Source: a virus (lineage: Duplodnaviria; Caudoviricetes). Taken from it: a DNA stretch of 64,000 nt. The position numbers and the translations under genes are program-made. Position 1 is the stretch's first letter; every line of letters begins with the position of its first letter. Under the pieces are notes generated by a model, which had not been told where the DNA came from, made no database searches, and saw only the letters and a program-made list of their open reading frames with translations. Shown one piece after another: positions 26,861-36,598 of this stretch. The stretch spans positions 17,435 through 81,434 of the IMG/VR virus record IMGVR_UViG_3300037454_000078. One strand, 5' to 3'.

Positions 26861-27028
26861 GTGGGAACTCTTAGGAGCAGACATTTGGAAGAACGTTGAG
26901 ATAACGGACATACGTTTATACATAATCGTCGGATTTCGGAGAGTTCCCACTGTTGCGAAAGCAACATCCGACAATGCGACGAACCTATTCAGAGCTACCT
27001 GTCGGATTTCCGATGGGTAGTTTTGTTT
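26861..27028 (+). promoter_or_regulatory. Attenuator-like structured leader
   Basis: 11-bp stem 26861-71/26940-50; GAAA hairpin 26951-66; terminator-like 26998-27017 plus U-rich tail. Confidence 0.55.
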
Positions 27029-27040
27029 AGGTGAACGTAG

Positions 27041-27793
27041 ATGCAGATACGACGAAAGATAATGAACGAATGCAAGGGACAGCCAAAGCTCCAGAAAGCT
27101 CTGGCAATTGCAGTCTTGCTCAAGCAACGTCTCGGACGCTCGTCTATGATGCGTAACTATTCAATAAACAAGATTCATACACTGACAAAGATTTCCGCTA
27201 CGACGATAAACAAATACATGCCGATTCTCATAGAGAACGGATGGGTGTCGTTCTGCGGAAAGAACAACCAGCACTTAATCGTAAGCAAGCTGTGTTCTCA
27301 CACTGATGGTCGAAATATCTGCGTGGACAAGTTCTGCTTCGAATCGTTTGCTGACGTATATCGCTCACTGCGTGCTTTCTTGGCACTCATCATACAATCA
27401 CACAAGGACTTTATCAAACGCACGATTCAGATTGCAACCGACCCAAAACGAGGGCAAAATTTCAAGGGTGCAAGGAAGTTAGTGAAACGTCTCGTAAGAC
27501 AAGGTCTTCTTCGCTCGATTTATGATGCGTACAAAGAGTATGGACTGGGCTATAAGAGAATAGCTGAAGAGACTGGAAACTGTATTCGCACAGCACAGCG
27601 AATCATGCAGTATGCAGTCAGAAAGAGATGGACTAAGAAGCAGAGCCATTACGAACGTGTGTATGCACCAAATTATTTTTCTGACGACTATACTTATCAT
27701 AAAGATAAGTTTATGTATATTGTACACGCTAATACTTACGAACTCAGCAAAGCAGTCTCAAGCAGCATCTCGCATGGTAATAATAGTTGGTAA
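27041..27793 (+). CDS. Basic putative DNA-binding protein (two HTH-like segments)
   Basis: 250 aa; SINKIHTLTKISATTINKY and GYKRIAEETGNCIRTAQR. Confidence 0.65.
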   Translation: MQIRRKIMNECKGQPKLQKALAIAVLLKQRLGRSSMMRNYSINKIHTLTKISATTINKYMPILIENGWVSFCGKNNQHLIVSKLCSHTDGRNICVDKFCFESFADVYRSLRAFLALIIQSHKDFIKRTIQIATDPKRGQNFKGARKLVKRLVRQGLLRSIYDAYKEYGLGYKRIAEETGNCIRTAQRIMQYAVRKRWTKKQSHYERVYAPNYFSDDYTYHKDKFMYIVHANTYELSKAVSSSISHGNNSW

Positions 27794-27811
27794 AAAATAA
27801 AGGGTATATTT

Positions 27812-28279
27812 ATGACGTTTAATAAAGTTGAAATAGGAATACCAACCGTTGAGCAAATAAAAGAGTGTGCTGATAAGTTTGGGTACAAGTTTAATCCAGT
27901 TGACTGCTATGCCTACTTTAATAAAAAGAAATGGAAAACTGAAAAAGGCCGAGATTATTGGTCTCTCGAATTTGCATGCACTGTATACAATGGAGTTTAT
28001 GTTTATAAAAAACAAAAGAAAGTTGACGTTTCCAATTTCAACACTTTATCTTATGAAGGCTCTCCATACAAAGAGCAGTTGTTGGATAAACGTTGGAGGC
28101 TCTTTAGAGAGTTTGCCATTGAAGCAAGAGGCGGAGTTTGTGAAAATTGTGGTTCAAAGAAAAACTTGGTAATACATCATTTAATATACAAGGACGGTTA
28201 CAACGCATGGGACTACAGCGTAAGAGACGTTGTGTGCTTGTGTAATAATTGTCACAAGAAAATACATAACATTAAATAA
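27812..28279 (+). CDS. HNH endonuclease domain protein
   Basis: CENCGSKKNLVIHH...VCLCNNCHKKIH; AT-rich. Confidence 0.8.
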   Translation: MTFNKVEIGIPTVEQIKECADKFGYKFNPVDCYAYFNKKKWKTEKGRDYWSLEFACTVYNGVYVYKKQKKVDVSNFNTLSYEGSPYKEQLLDKRWRLFREFAIEARGGVCENCGSKKNLVIHHLIYKDGYNAWDYSVRDVVCLCNNCHKKIHNIK

Positions 28280-28286
28280 TAACAAT

Positions 28287-28934
28287 ATGAGAAGTGAAGT
28301 TTACAACATTGACTGTATGGAGTACATGAAAACTCTACCAGACAAGTATTTCGACCTTTGCATAGCAGACCCTCCATTTGGGATAAGTTATGCAAGAGGT
28401 AAGAATGGTTGGGGTGTATGCGACAACCGTCCAGACCTCAAAGATGTGAAGTGGGATAAAGAAATTCCACAAAAAGAGTTCTTTGATGAACTGCTTAGAG
28501 TAAGCGACAAAGTTATCATTTGGGGTGGCAATTACTTTACGCATTTATTGCCAGTATCTAAGTGCTGGATTGTTTGGGATAAGTGTAATGGCACTACCAA
28601 CAAAAGCGTGTTTGCTGATGCCGAACTTGCTTGGACTAACATGACAAAGGTGGTTAAGATGTTTCATTTGCGTCAGATGGGTTTTATTAGCGATACGAAA
28701 GACGGAAAGCGAATCCATCCTACGCAGAAACCCACAGAGTTGTATGAGTGGTTGGTTAAGAACTATGCGAAGGACGGAGATACAATTTTCGACCCGATGA
28801 TGGGTTCACAATCATCACGTATCGCTGCTCATCGACTTGGCTTTGATTATGTAGGCTGCGAACTTGATAGGGAATAATTCGACAAAGGAAATGAAAGATT
28901 TAAAGCGGAAACTGCACAATTAAGATTATTCTAA
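28287..28934 (+). pseudogene. N4/N6 DNA methyltransferase (beta class) with premature TAA at 28875-28877
   Basis: ADPPF, IIWGGNYF, HPTQKP, DPMMGSQS motifs; frame continues after the stop as FDKGNERFKAETAQLRLF to 28934. Confidence 0.75.
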
Positions 28935-28935
28935 T

Positions 28936-29694
28936 ATGATTGAACCGAATACAATTTATTGTGGCGACTGTTTGGACTTGATGCCACAAATCGCAGAAAA
29001 CAGTGTTGACATGATACTCTGCGACCTGCCATACGGAACTACGTCTTGTAAATGGGATATTGTAATACCATTTGACAAACTTTGGGAACAATACAAACGT
29101 ATATGCAAGCCTAATGCTGCAATCGTTTTGTTTTGTCAAGGTAATTTTACCATTGATTTAATACTCTCAAACAAAAGTAATTTCCGCTACAAATTGATAT
29201 GGAAGAAAAATGTTCCAACAGGAATGTCAAGTGCAAAATATCGTCCAATGAAATACTATGAGGAAATATGCATATTCGGAAATGCTAACAGTACATATAA
29301 TCCACAAATGAAAGACAGAGTTGGAAAAGGTAAAGATTGTTATAGATATGACCACTATTGCGGAAATAGCAATCATATACAACTCGGTAAGGTAAAAAAG
29401 AAATACGACCCACAGAAGGTTCAGCCGTCAGACGTGCTTGAATTTAATGTAGTACCAAACAGAAAAGGCAAGCATCATCCAACACAAAAACCTGTCGAAC
29501 TACTCCGTTACTTAATCCGCACATACACGAACGAAACCGATGTAGTGCTTGATAATACAATGGGTAGCGGTAGTACAATAGTTGCTGCAATCAGAGAGAA
29601 TAGGCAGTACATCGGAATAGAGAAAGATGAGCATTACTTTGAGATAGCAAACGAGCGCATCGCAGCAGAGACTTCGCAACTGTCACTTTTCTAA
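28936..29694 (+). CDS. N4/N6 DNA methyltransferase (beta class)
   Basis: CDLPYG, HPTQKPVELL, DNTMGSGST motifs. Confidence 0.9.
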   Translation: MIEPNTIYCGDCLDLMPQIAENSVDMILCDLPYGTTSCKWDIVIPFDKLWEQYKRICKPNAAIVLFCQGNFTIDLILSNKSNFRYKLIWKKNVPTGMSSAKYRPMKYYEEICIFGNANSTYNPQMKDRVGKGKDCYRYDHYCGNSNHIQLGKVKKKYDPQKVQPSDVLEFNVVPNRKGKHHPTQKPVELLRYLIRTYTNETDVVLDNTMGSGSTIVAAIRENRQYIGIEKDEHYFEIANERIAAETSQLSLF

Positions 29695-29728
29695 CAAACA
29701 AATTTATAAATAAACAAACAACAAGGCT

Positions 29729-29875
29729 ATGGATTATAAAAAGAAATACGAAAAAGCAAACACGGTTCTTGTAAAAATACAAAAAATGATAGACGACAAC
29801 AACATTGATGCCCTTGACTTTTGCGAGAATGTTTGTCGTTTACTTCGTGAATATAACAATAAAAAACTTCAATAA
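29729..29875 (+). CDS. Small hypothetical protein (48 aa)
   Basis: Manually translated MDYKKKYEKA... Confidence 0.45.
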   Translation: MDYKKKYEKANTVLVKIQKMIDDNNIDALDFCENVCRLLREYNNKKLQ

Positions 29876-29905
29876 GTATATGGAACTAACTCAAAATAAA
29901 CGACT

Positions 29906-30097
29906 ATGAAGTTCAGACAAGCAAAGAAAATCTTAAAAAAGTACGCTAAGAAAGCTGCGAATTGTTTCGGACGGAAATTCAAGACAAGACATTGCAACTA
30001 CGATAAAGCTTGTACGGTGTACGACAGGCACTTTAAAAGAAGGAAGAAGAATGTAACATCGAGCACCATTATGACGTTTTTTATTCCTTGTGTTTAA
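29906..30097 (+). CDS. Small basic hypothetical protein
   Basis: 63 aa MKFRQAKKILK. Confidence 0.5.
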   Translation: MKFRQAKKILKKYAKKAANCFGRKFKTRHCNYDKACTVYDRHFKRRKKNVTSSTIMTFFIPCV

Positions 30098-30116
30098 CAA
30101 CTCAAAACAAACGCTT

Positions 30117-30368
30117 ATGACATACGAAGACATGGTCGAAATATCTGCAAGGATAGACGACGTTATAACAGAAAAAGCGCTGACAGTTTCAGAAGCTGTA
30201 CACGTATTTGTGTTCAACATCACGAAGATGATGTTTTTGCTTGGAGTCAGAGAAGAAGATATAGACGACGCGATAGACGCAATCGCGCAAGACATGAAAG
30301 ACGGATTCAGAAGAATCGCTGACTCTGTCGAGATGATATACGAACAAGACGAAAAGATGGCAAACTGA
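30117..30368 (+). CDS. Hypothetical protein
   Basis: 83 aa acidic. Confidence 0.6.
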   Translation: MTYEDMVEISARIDDVITEKALTVSEAVHVFVFNITKMMFLLGVREEDIDDAIDAIAQDMKDGFRRIADSVEMIYEQDEKMAN

Positions 30369-30374
30369 ACGCTT

Positions 30375-30740
30375 ATGAGAAGAAAGAAGTACAAGGTCGG
30401 CGACAGGGTGTTCTACGACGACTACAAGGGCGATGTCGCATCTTCAGTCATCCTCGGAATCGAAGAGTGCGAGATGGACTCAGACATATATGGAAGACCA
30501 GCTAAGAAAGGAAGCAAGGTGAAGTACAGACTGTACATGACTGGAAAATGCACAGCCATCGAGGACTACAACTGCCTTCCAGAGAACGACCCTCGCGTCA
30601 GGAAGTACAAGGACGGTCGCACGTTCATCGCCTCCAACTTCCGCGAGCAGCTCGTCGAGTGGCTGACTGCTCATGGAGCTCACAAGGGCGACCAAGACGT
30701 TTCAGAGATTCTGTACGACCTTTCACTTGAATACGAATAA
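30375..30740 (+). CDS. Hypothetical protein (SH3-like KYKVGDRV start)
   Basis: 121 aa. Confidence 0.65.
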   Translation: MRRKKYKVGDRVFYDDYKGDVASSVILGIEECEMDSDIYGRPAKKGSKVKYRLYMTGKCTAIEDYNCLPENDPRVRKYKDGRTFIASNFREQLVEWLTAHGAHKGDQDVSEILYDLSLEYE

Positions 30741-30845
30741 GACATGGACACGACGACATTCAAACAGAGAACAAAGCGTCCGACTGTCAGTTGGGAAGAC
30801 GCAGTAAGATTTGCAAACATCAATCAAACCAACAGCTAAGCAATT

Positions 30846-31220
30846 ATGGACAGGGATATTTTAAAGAGGAATATCGAGCAGGTCATCAAGCAGCCGTGCG
30901 TCGCAAGCCCTTGGATGAAAGGATGTACTTCTGTCAAACCTAACGGTCTGTCTGAAGACGGCAAGTACATCATGGTCAAGACGCTACCAGACGACACGAG
31001 CACGAAGATATTCCTTACCGACAAGTATTGGGAGAAGATTGCTGCTGCTCTTCCATTGAAGTACCAAGACCATCTCGTCACGCTCCGACACGACGAGGAA
31101 TGGATAAGCTACTCGTACCTTCCTGTGTTCGACACAGACACGCAAGCCATGTGGGATGATGAGCTCAAGCACTTCATGGACGCAAAGCAAGAGTGGTGTG
31201 ACAAGTACGGATGTGACTGA
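30846..31220 (+). CDS. Hypothetical protein
   Basis: 124 aa. Confidence 0.7.
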   Translation: MDRDILKRNIEQVIKQPCVASPWMKGCTSVKPNGLSEDGKYIMVKTLPDDTSTKIFLTDKYWEKIAAALPLKYQDHLVTLRHDEEWISYSYLPVFDTDTQAMWDDELKHFMDAKQEWCDKYGCD

Positions 31221-31249
31221 ATGTTAAATCAGTTAATAGATGTATAAAC

Positions 31250-31282
31250 TTTGAATATTTCAAATTATTATTAGTAAATTTG
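31250..31282 (+). promoter_or_regulatory. Bacteroidetes promoter for recombination block
   Basis: TTTG-N21-TAAATTTG. Confidence 0.75.
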
Positions 31283-31308
31283 CAGTGTAAAACGAAAACA
31301 GAAGTATT

Positions 31309-31500
31309 ATGGAATTAAAGGTAAAGGCATTCGTAGCAAGGGACAAGAACGGAGAGCTGTATTTCTACACGGAGAAGCCGAGGATGAGGGAGGACGGCAC
31401 GTTTATCGGTGGTGGCGTGGTGTCAGACAGGTCTTTCATGCCTTTCATTGGAAAGGGCAAGGCTTTTGCATGTAAGATAACCGTCGAGTCGGAGGATTAA
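31309..31500 (+). CDS. Small hypothetical protein (FVARDKNGELYFY..KP)
   Basis: 63 aa. Confidence 0.65.
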   Translation: MELKVKAFVARDKNGELYFYTEKPRMREDGTFIGGGVVSDRSFMPFIGKGKAFACKITVESED

Positions 31501-31502
31501 GC

Positions 31503-31847
31503 ATGGCATTCTTCGAGAACAGGTTCTATATGGCTGGTGTCGTTGACAGCGACGTCAAGTACGACAAGACGGTAAACGGTGAGCCGTACGCGTGGTTCGC
31601 GCTCTCAATCGAGAACAGCCAAGCCAAGAACAGCACAGAGAGCAACATCCACCAGAATGTCAGCATCATGGTGTTCCAGAAGAAACTCATAGACTACATT
31701 AAGTCAGTGAATCTGAAGAGAAACGACTTGTGCGTTGTGTTCGGATGGGTGAGCGCGTTCAAGAGAGAGATAAAGGGAAGGGAGTTCTCTGGAAACGGAA
31801 TCAACGCGACACAGGTGTTCGCAGTCAAGAGAAAGAACGAAAAATAA
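31503..31847 (+). CDS. OB-fold SSB-like protein
   Basis: NRFYMAGVV..D...YAWFALS...IMVF...VVFGWV pattern; no acidic tail. Confidence 0.55.
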   Translation: MAFFENRFYMAGVVDSDVKYDKTVNGEPYAWFALSIENSQAKNSTESNIHQNVSIMVFQKKLIDYIKSVNLKRNDLCVVFGWVSAFKREIKGREFSGNGINATQVFAVKRKNEK

Positions 31848-31863
31848 CTTTATTTATTGAGAA

Positions 31864-32853
31864 ATGGAACAGGATTACAAACAAGACATCATCAACACCA
31901 GAAAAGGGTGTCTGGGAGGCTCTGACGCGAGAATGCTACAGGGCATCGCAACGCTGGGAGCAGTTCCCAAGTCAGCCATGAAGAGACTTGCAGTGTGCAA
32001 GGGATTCGTAGAGCAAGAGCAGTTCACGAACCAAGCAATGCAGTTCGGAGACTTCATCGAGAACCAAGTATTCGAGAGCCTGAAGCTGAGCGACTCGAGA
32101 TGGGAGTCGAATCCGTGTCTCGTCAGCAAGAAGTACTCTCGCAAGAACGTGCGCATCATAGACCACGTCGACTTCTTCTTGCGAGACGACGAAAAGAAGA
32201 CAATAACAATCGGAGAGTGCAAGGCAACGCGATACAAGTACGAGACGACAAGAAGAGATTACGAAGAGCAGCTGTGCCACCACTTGCTGATGGGAGAAGA
32301 GATTGCGAAGGAACTAGGCAGGTACAAAGTAAGAGTGCTGCTCTGCCACTACTGCACAGACGGTCTTGACTTGGACAAACCGTTCGAGTTCGACGAGTCC
32401 AGACTCACCGTCAAGCCGCTCAGACTCTCAAAAGCAGAGTACGACCTTCCAAAAGCAGTCGACATCGTCGACGAGTTTCTAGAGACGTTTGACTACTACA
32501 CTGAGGACGAGTCTATTCCGTACGAGTTTTTGCCAGAGAGCGTCCAAAAAGAGTTCGACGGCATAACAGCACTGCTGACGGAAATCAAGCAGCGAGAAGC
32601 GACTGTAGACGCCTTCAAGGAGAAACTGTACAGGTTCCTCACAGAGAAGAACATCAAGAGCATCAAGAACGACTCTTGGAGCATCACTCGCGTCGACCCG
32701 ACCACGAGCATATCGTTCGACTCCAAGAAGTTCCTGACAGACTACGCAGCAGAACACCCCAAGCTCTACAAGCGCCTGCGAGCTGAGTACGACAAGACGA
32801 CCAACAAGAAAGGATACGTGACAATCAAGATTAACAATAATAAAAACGATTAA
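31864..32853 (+). CDS. YqaJ/lambda-exonuclease family protein
   Basis: RKGCLGGSDA, MQFGDFIE, IIDHVDF, IGECK, YEEQL motifs. Confidence 0.8.
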   Translation: MEQDYKQDIINTRKGCLGGSDARMLQGIATLGAVPKSAMKRLAVCKGFVEQEQFTNQAMQFGDFIENQVFESLKLSDSRWESNPCLVSKKYSRKNVRIIDHVDFFLRDDEKKTITIGECKATRYKYETTRRDYEEQLCHHLLMGEEIAKELGRYKVRVLLCHYCTDGLDLDKPFEFDESRLTVKPLRLSKAEYDLPKAVDIVDEFLETFDYYTEDESIPYEFLPESVQKEFDGITALLTEIKQREATVDAFKEKLYRFLTEKNIKSIKNDSWSITRVDPTTSISFDSKKFLTDYAAEHPKLYKRLRAEYDKTTNKKGYVTIKINNNKND

Positions 32854-32858
32854 CGATT

Positions 32859-33698
32859 ATGGACAACGAGATTCAGACACTGGAGTCACAAGAATGTGAA
32901 GTAATGCAAGTGAACAACGCAGAGACGCTGATGGCTCTGACAAAGGGTGAGATTGACGCACAGATTGCGACAGCAAAGCAGTATCCGCGTAATCTGGCGC
33001 GAGTTCTTAACAACATCGAGACGCTTGCAACGATGGACGAAGACGTCGCTGGAAGCTGCTTCTACACGCTCAGACGCCAAGGGAAAGTCATCGAGGGCGC
33101 AAGCGTACGCATGGCTGAGATTGTAGCTTCGTCGTGGGGAAATCTCAGAACGCAGGCTAGAATCATCGCAAACGACGGTAAGACAATCACTGCGCAGGGC
33201 GTGTGTCACGACTTGGAGACAAACACAGCCATCTCTGTCGAAGTGAAGCGCAGAATCACTGACAAGAACGGCAAGACGTACAACGACGACATGCAAATCA
33301 TGACTGGCAACGCAGCATGCGCAATCGCTCTCAGAAACGCTGTGTTCAAAGTGGTTCCTGCAGCGCTCATCAAGAAAGCCATCGACAAAGCAAAGAAAGT
33401 GTCTATTGGAGAGTCAATGACTTTGGAAACAAGTCGTGCGAAGATGCTTGATTACTTCAAGACGATTGGAGTTGATGAAAAGCAAATCTTTGACTATCTG
33501 TCAGTGGAGAAGATTGAAGAGATTGACATCGACATGGTTATCGAGCTTCGTGGTCTTGCGACTGCAATCAAAGAAGGCACGACGACTGTGAAAGAAGCGT
33601 TCGAGCCGAAAGTAGACCCGAAGAAAGCTCAAGCTGTTGCAGACAAGTTCGCCGACTTCGGCGAAGGAGACGACGAGAAGAAAGGAGAAAAGAAATGA
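32859..33698 (+). CDS. Putative ssDNA-annealing protein (recombinase partner)
   Basis: 279 aa directly after the exonuclease; EIDAQIATAKQYPR, IEGASVRMAE motifs; family assignment uncertain. Confidence 0.6.
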   Translation: MDNEIQTLESQECEVMQVNNAETLMALTKGEIDAQIATAKQYPRNLARVLNNIETLATMDEDVAGSCFYTLRRQGKVIEGASVRMAEIVASSWGNLRTQARIIANDGKTITAQGVCHDLETNTAISVEVKRRITDKNGKTYNDDMQIMTGNAACAIALRNAVFKVVPAALIKKAIDKAKKVSIGESMTLETSRAKMLDYFKTIGVDEKQIFDYLSVEKIEEIDIDMVIELRGLATAIKEGTTTVKEAFEPKVDPKKAQAVADKFADFGEGDDEKKGEKK

Positions 33699-33901
33699 GC
33701 AAGGGAATTACGTATCTTCACTCGCACAGCACGATAGAGCGAGAAAAGAAACTGCCTAAGCACTTTGTACTTGTGGATGAGGAGTATGCTGGACTTTTCC
33801 AGAAACCTCATCCTTTTGAGTACAAGCGCAAGATGTACATGAAAGTTGACATACTTGATTTTGTCAACAACGGTGGAGTATTTAAGAACTTTGAAGAATG
33901 A
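33695..33901 (+). CDS. Hypothetical protein
   Basis: 68 aa. Confidence 0.55.
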   Translation: MSKGITYLHSHSTIEREKKLPKHFVLVDEEYAGLFQKPHPFEYKRKMYMKVDILDFVNNGGVFKNFEE

Positions 33902-34185
33902 ACTGGATAGAAAACAGAATACGCTCGTTGTTCAATTACGGGAAAGAGAGAAAACGTGAACGCAGAAAGAGAAAGGCTGAGATTCGTGCAGAATTCCTGT
34001 ATCAGATATGCGAGTACGACAAAAACATCTGGCTCACTTACGACAGCCATCTCATCATGCCAATGTCTATCATCACTGACTGCACGGACAGCGCAGGGTG
34101 CGTAGGCTTTCTGAATGCCATCCGTGATTTGTATGTGCAGCGTGAGATTAAAACAGGAATGACGATAAAAGACAACTGTCTATGA
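33898..34185 (+). CDS. Hypothetical protein
   Basis: 95 aa. Confidence 0.6.
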   Translation: MNWIENRIRSLFNYGKERKRERRKRKAEIRAEFLYQICEYDKNIWLTYDSHLIMPMSIITDCTDSAGCVGFLNAIRDLYVQREIKTGMTIKDNCL

Positions 34186-34340
34186 ATATTTACATTGTAA
34201 TGGTAGATGATGAGGATAGTTACATTTTGTTGGATTGGCTGAATAAAAAGATGTTTGACTATCGTGGACTAATTGAAAAAGGTCTTGCAATTGAAGCACC
34301 CAAAGGAATGTATAACACAGAAGAAATTTTTAGATTATGA
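34182..34340 (+). CDS. Small protein or C-terminal remnant (WLNKKMFDYRGLIEKGLAIEAPKGMY)
   Basis: 52 aa manually translated; start of AT-rich array. Confidence 0.5.
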   Translation: MNIYIVMVDDEDSYILLDWLNKKMFDYRGLIEKGLAIEAPKGMYNTEEIFRL

Positions 34341-34445
34341 ACGGATTAGGTCATTTTGTTATGGGTTATATTTGTGCATTCCTCACAATTTATCTTATAT
34401 GCGTCGTATATGATTTTTACAAGGAATTTAAAAAGAAAAAAACAA

Positions 34446-35948
34446 ATGATTATGACACAAGAAGATAAAGCAAAAGCATACGACGAGGCTTTGGAAAGAG
34501 CAAGAAAGTGGGAAGGAAATCCTGCTGCCGTTGATTACATTTTCCCAAAAATCAAAGAGAGTGAGGATGAGAAGATAAGGAAAGAACTTATATCGTTTGT
34601 AAGGGGATTTATAGAATGTCACGACAAACCATATGCAGAGCGTGACGAGAAATATGAATCTTGGCTTGCTTGGCTTGAAAAGCAAGGTGAGCAAAAGCCT
34701 AAAGGTAAGTCAGCACTTGAAGCAGTTAAGGAAGAAAAGGTTGATAATCAGAATTGCGTAAAGCCTGATAAGGTTGAACCAAAGTTCAAGGTTGGTGATT
34801 GGGTAGTGAATAAATTTGGTGATGTTTGGCATATAGATAGTTTTGATAAGAAGAACTATCAAGTCTCTAATGGTAATGAATATAATTACTTTCCGATTTC
34901 TAAACAAAATGAAATGCATCTTTGGACTATCCAAGATGCCAAGGATGGTGATGTGCTTGTGATAGAAAGTGGTAGAAGAAATGATAAGTGCTTATTTATT
35001 TTTAAGTGCAGGGCAGACAGGGAAATTCTCGAATATTGTTATTACCGATGCAGTAGCGATACTTTTTCTACAACAGGTTCTTATATCGGTTATCTTGACA
35101 ATATTTATCATCCCGCCACCAAAGAACAGCGTTACCTCTTATTCCAAAAGATGGTAGAAGCAGGTTATGCATGGGATGATAGACAGTTAAAACTAATAAA
35201 GATTGAGCAGAAGCCTGTAAAAGAAATTAAAAGTGAAGAATGGAGGAAAGAACTATCTCTTAGTTTACAAATACAAGCATATCTAAATACTGCAAGTGAT
35301 GAATTGTATGCAAAAGATAAACCTCTTTATTCAGAGAAAAGAATTGAAGATATACATAAGTGCATGAAGATGTGGACTAAGTTACATAATTTCTATTTCT
35401 ATAATTATAGTGAGCAGAAGCCTACTTATCATAAGTTTAGAGCAGGTGATGTAATACGTCATATTAAGCAAGGATTCACTTGTAAGATAGATTCTGTAGA
35501 CACAGAATACAGAATATCTAAATGTAATCTTGGTAATCATTTACCTTTTGAAGCAGAAGATTACTATGAACTTGTAGAGCAGAAGCCTGAGTGGAGTAAT
35601 GAGTATAAAGGACTATTAGAAGCCCAATATCAACAAGGCTATGAGGATGGTAAGAAAGTACATGTGAATGTAGAGTGGAGTGAAGAAGATGAGAGTTGCA
35701 TAAATTATATATTGATAAACTGCATGCACTACGCAGAGGAGTGCGGGCATGTTGAAGAACTGCATAATGACGAATTACACAAGCAGGCAAAGGAATGGCT
35801 CAAATCCCTCAGACATCAGAACAGATGGAAGCCGAGTGATGAGCAGATGGAAGCGATGGAAGATGCTATTTGTCACTGTGAGAATGATAAAATGTCGTAT
35901 ACCTCATCAGTTCTTAAAAATCTTCTAGAACAATTAAAGAAATTATAG
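34446..35948 (+). CDS. Mosaic multi-module protein with EQKP linkers
   Basis: 500 aa; GAGCA(A/G)AAGCCT at 34689, 35205, 35412, 35577. Confidence 0.8.
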   Translation: MIMTQEDKAKAYDEALERARKWEGNPAAVDYIFPKIKESEDEKIRKELISFVRGFIECHDKPYAERDEKYESWLAWLEKQGEQKPKGKSALEAVKEEKVDNQNCVKPDKVEPKFKVGDWVVNKFGDVWHIDSFDKKNYQVSNGNEYNYFPISKQNEMHLWTIQDAKDGDVLVIESGRRNDKCLFIFKCRADREILEYCYYRCSSDTFSTTGSYIGYLDNIYHPATKEQRYLLFQKMVEAGYAWDDRQLKLIKIEQKPVKEIKSEEWRKELSLSLQIQAYLNTASDELYAKDKPLYSEKRIEDIHKCMKMWTKLHNFYFYNYSEQKPTYHKFRAGDVIRHIKQGFTCKIDSVDTEYRISKCNLGNHLPFEAEDYYELVEQKPEWSNEYKGLLEAQYQQGYEDGKKVHVNVEWSEEDESCINYILINCMHYAEECGHVEELHNDELHKQAKEWLKSLRHQNRWKPSDEQMEAMEDAICHCENDKMSYTSSVLKNLLEQLKKL

Positions 35949-35950
35949 TT

Positions 35951-36322
35951 ATGAGTAAATCTTATACAACTATTGAACAATCCAAGAAACTCATAGAGTT
36001 AGGGATTGATGTGAATACTGCGGATATGGTTTATTTGTTAGATATAACAATGCCAAATGGACAATGCAGACTTCTGCCAAAGGATGATTTTGCCACCACT
36101 GATGGTGACAATTTACAAGCATGGAGTCTTTCTGCTTTGTTTGAAATGATGCCTAAAATAGATAACTTTTACTATCCATCTATTTACAAAGGAAGTTATG
36201 GTTTAATAGCATGTATGTATTCTATTGAAGATAATAAAATTCTCAAAGTATTTCGTGGAGATACACCTATCGATGCAGCATTTGAAATGGTTTGTTGGTT
36301 GTTAGAAAATAAGAAAATATGA
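35951..36322 (+). CDS. Hypothetical protein
   Basis: 123 aa (YTTIEQSKKLIELG...AWSLSAL...DAAFEMVCWLLENK). Confidence 0.75.
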   Translation: MSKSYTTIEQSKKLIELGIDVNTADMVYLLDITMPNGQCRLLPKDDFATTDGDNLQAWSLSALFEMMPKIDNFYYPSIYKGSYGLIACMYSIEDNKILKVFRGDTPIDAAFEMVCWLLENKKI

Positions 36323-36597
36323 GCAAAGCAGAACAATACATCAAGGACAGCACAAGGAATGACAGCAATCGCCTTGTGTCGATAGCAGAGAAGGATTATG
36401 AGAGGGTTATCTCATATCGTGAATGGCTCACTCCTGATGCTGCCTTAGAAGCAGTCAGGATAGCAAGGGAAGAGGTGATAGAAAGAGCGTGTGAGTGGCT
36501 AAAGAATAATGTTACAGAAAAAGGTGCTTTCAGTGTCTTATCGTTTAAAAAAGAGGATATAGAATCATTCAAACAGGCAATGGAAAAAGGAGAATAA
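36319..36597 (+). CDS. Hypothetical protein ending KGE
   Basis: 92 aa. Confidence 0.7.
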   Translation: MSKAEQYIKDSTRNDSNRLVSIAEKDYERVISYREWLTPDAALEAVRIAREEVIERACEWLKNNVTEKGAFSVLSFKKEDIESFKQAMEKGE

Positions 36598-36598
36598 A

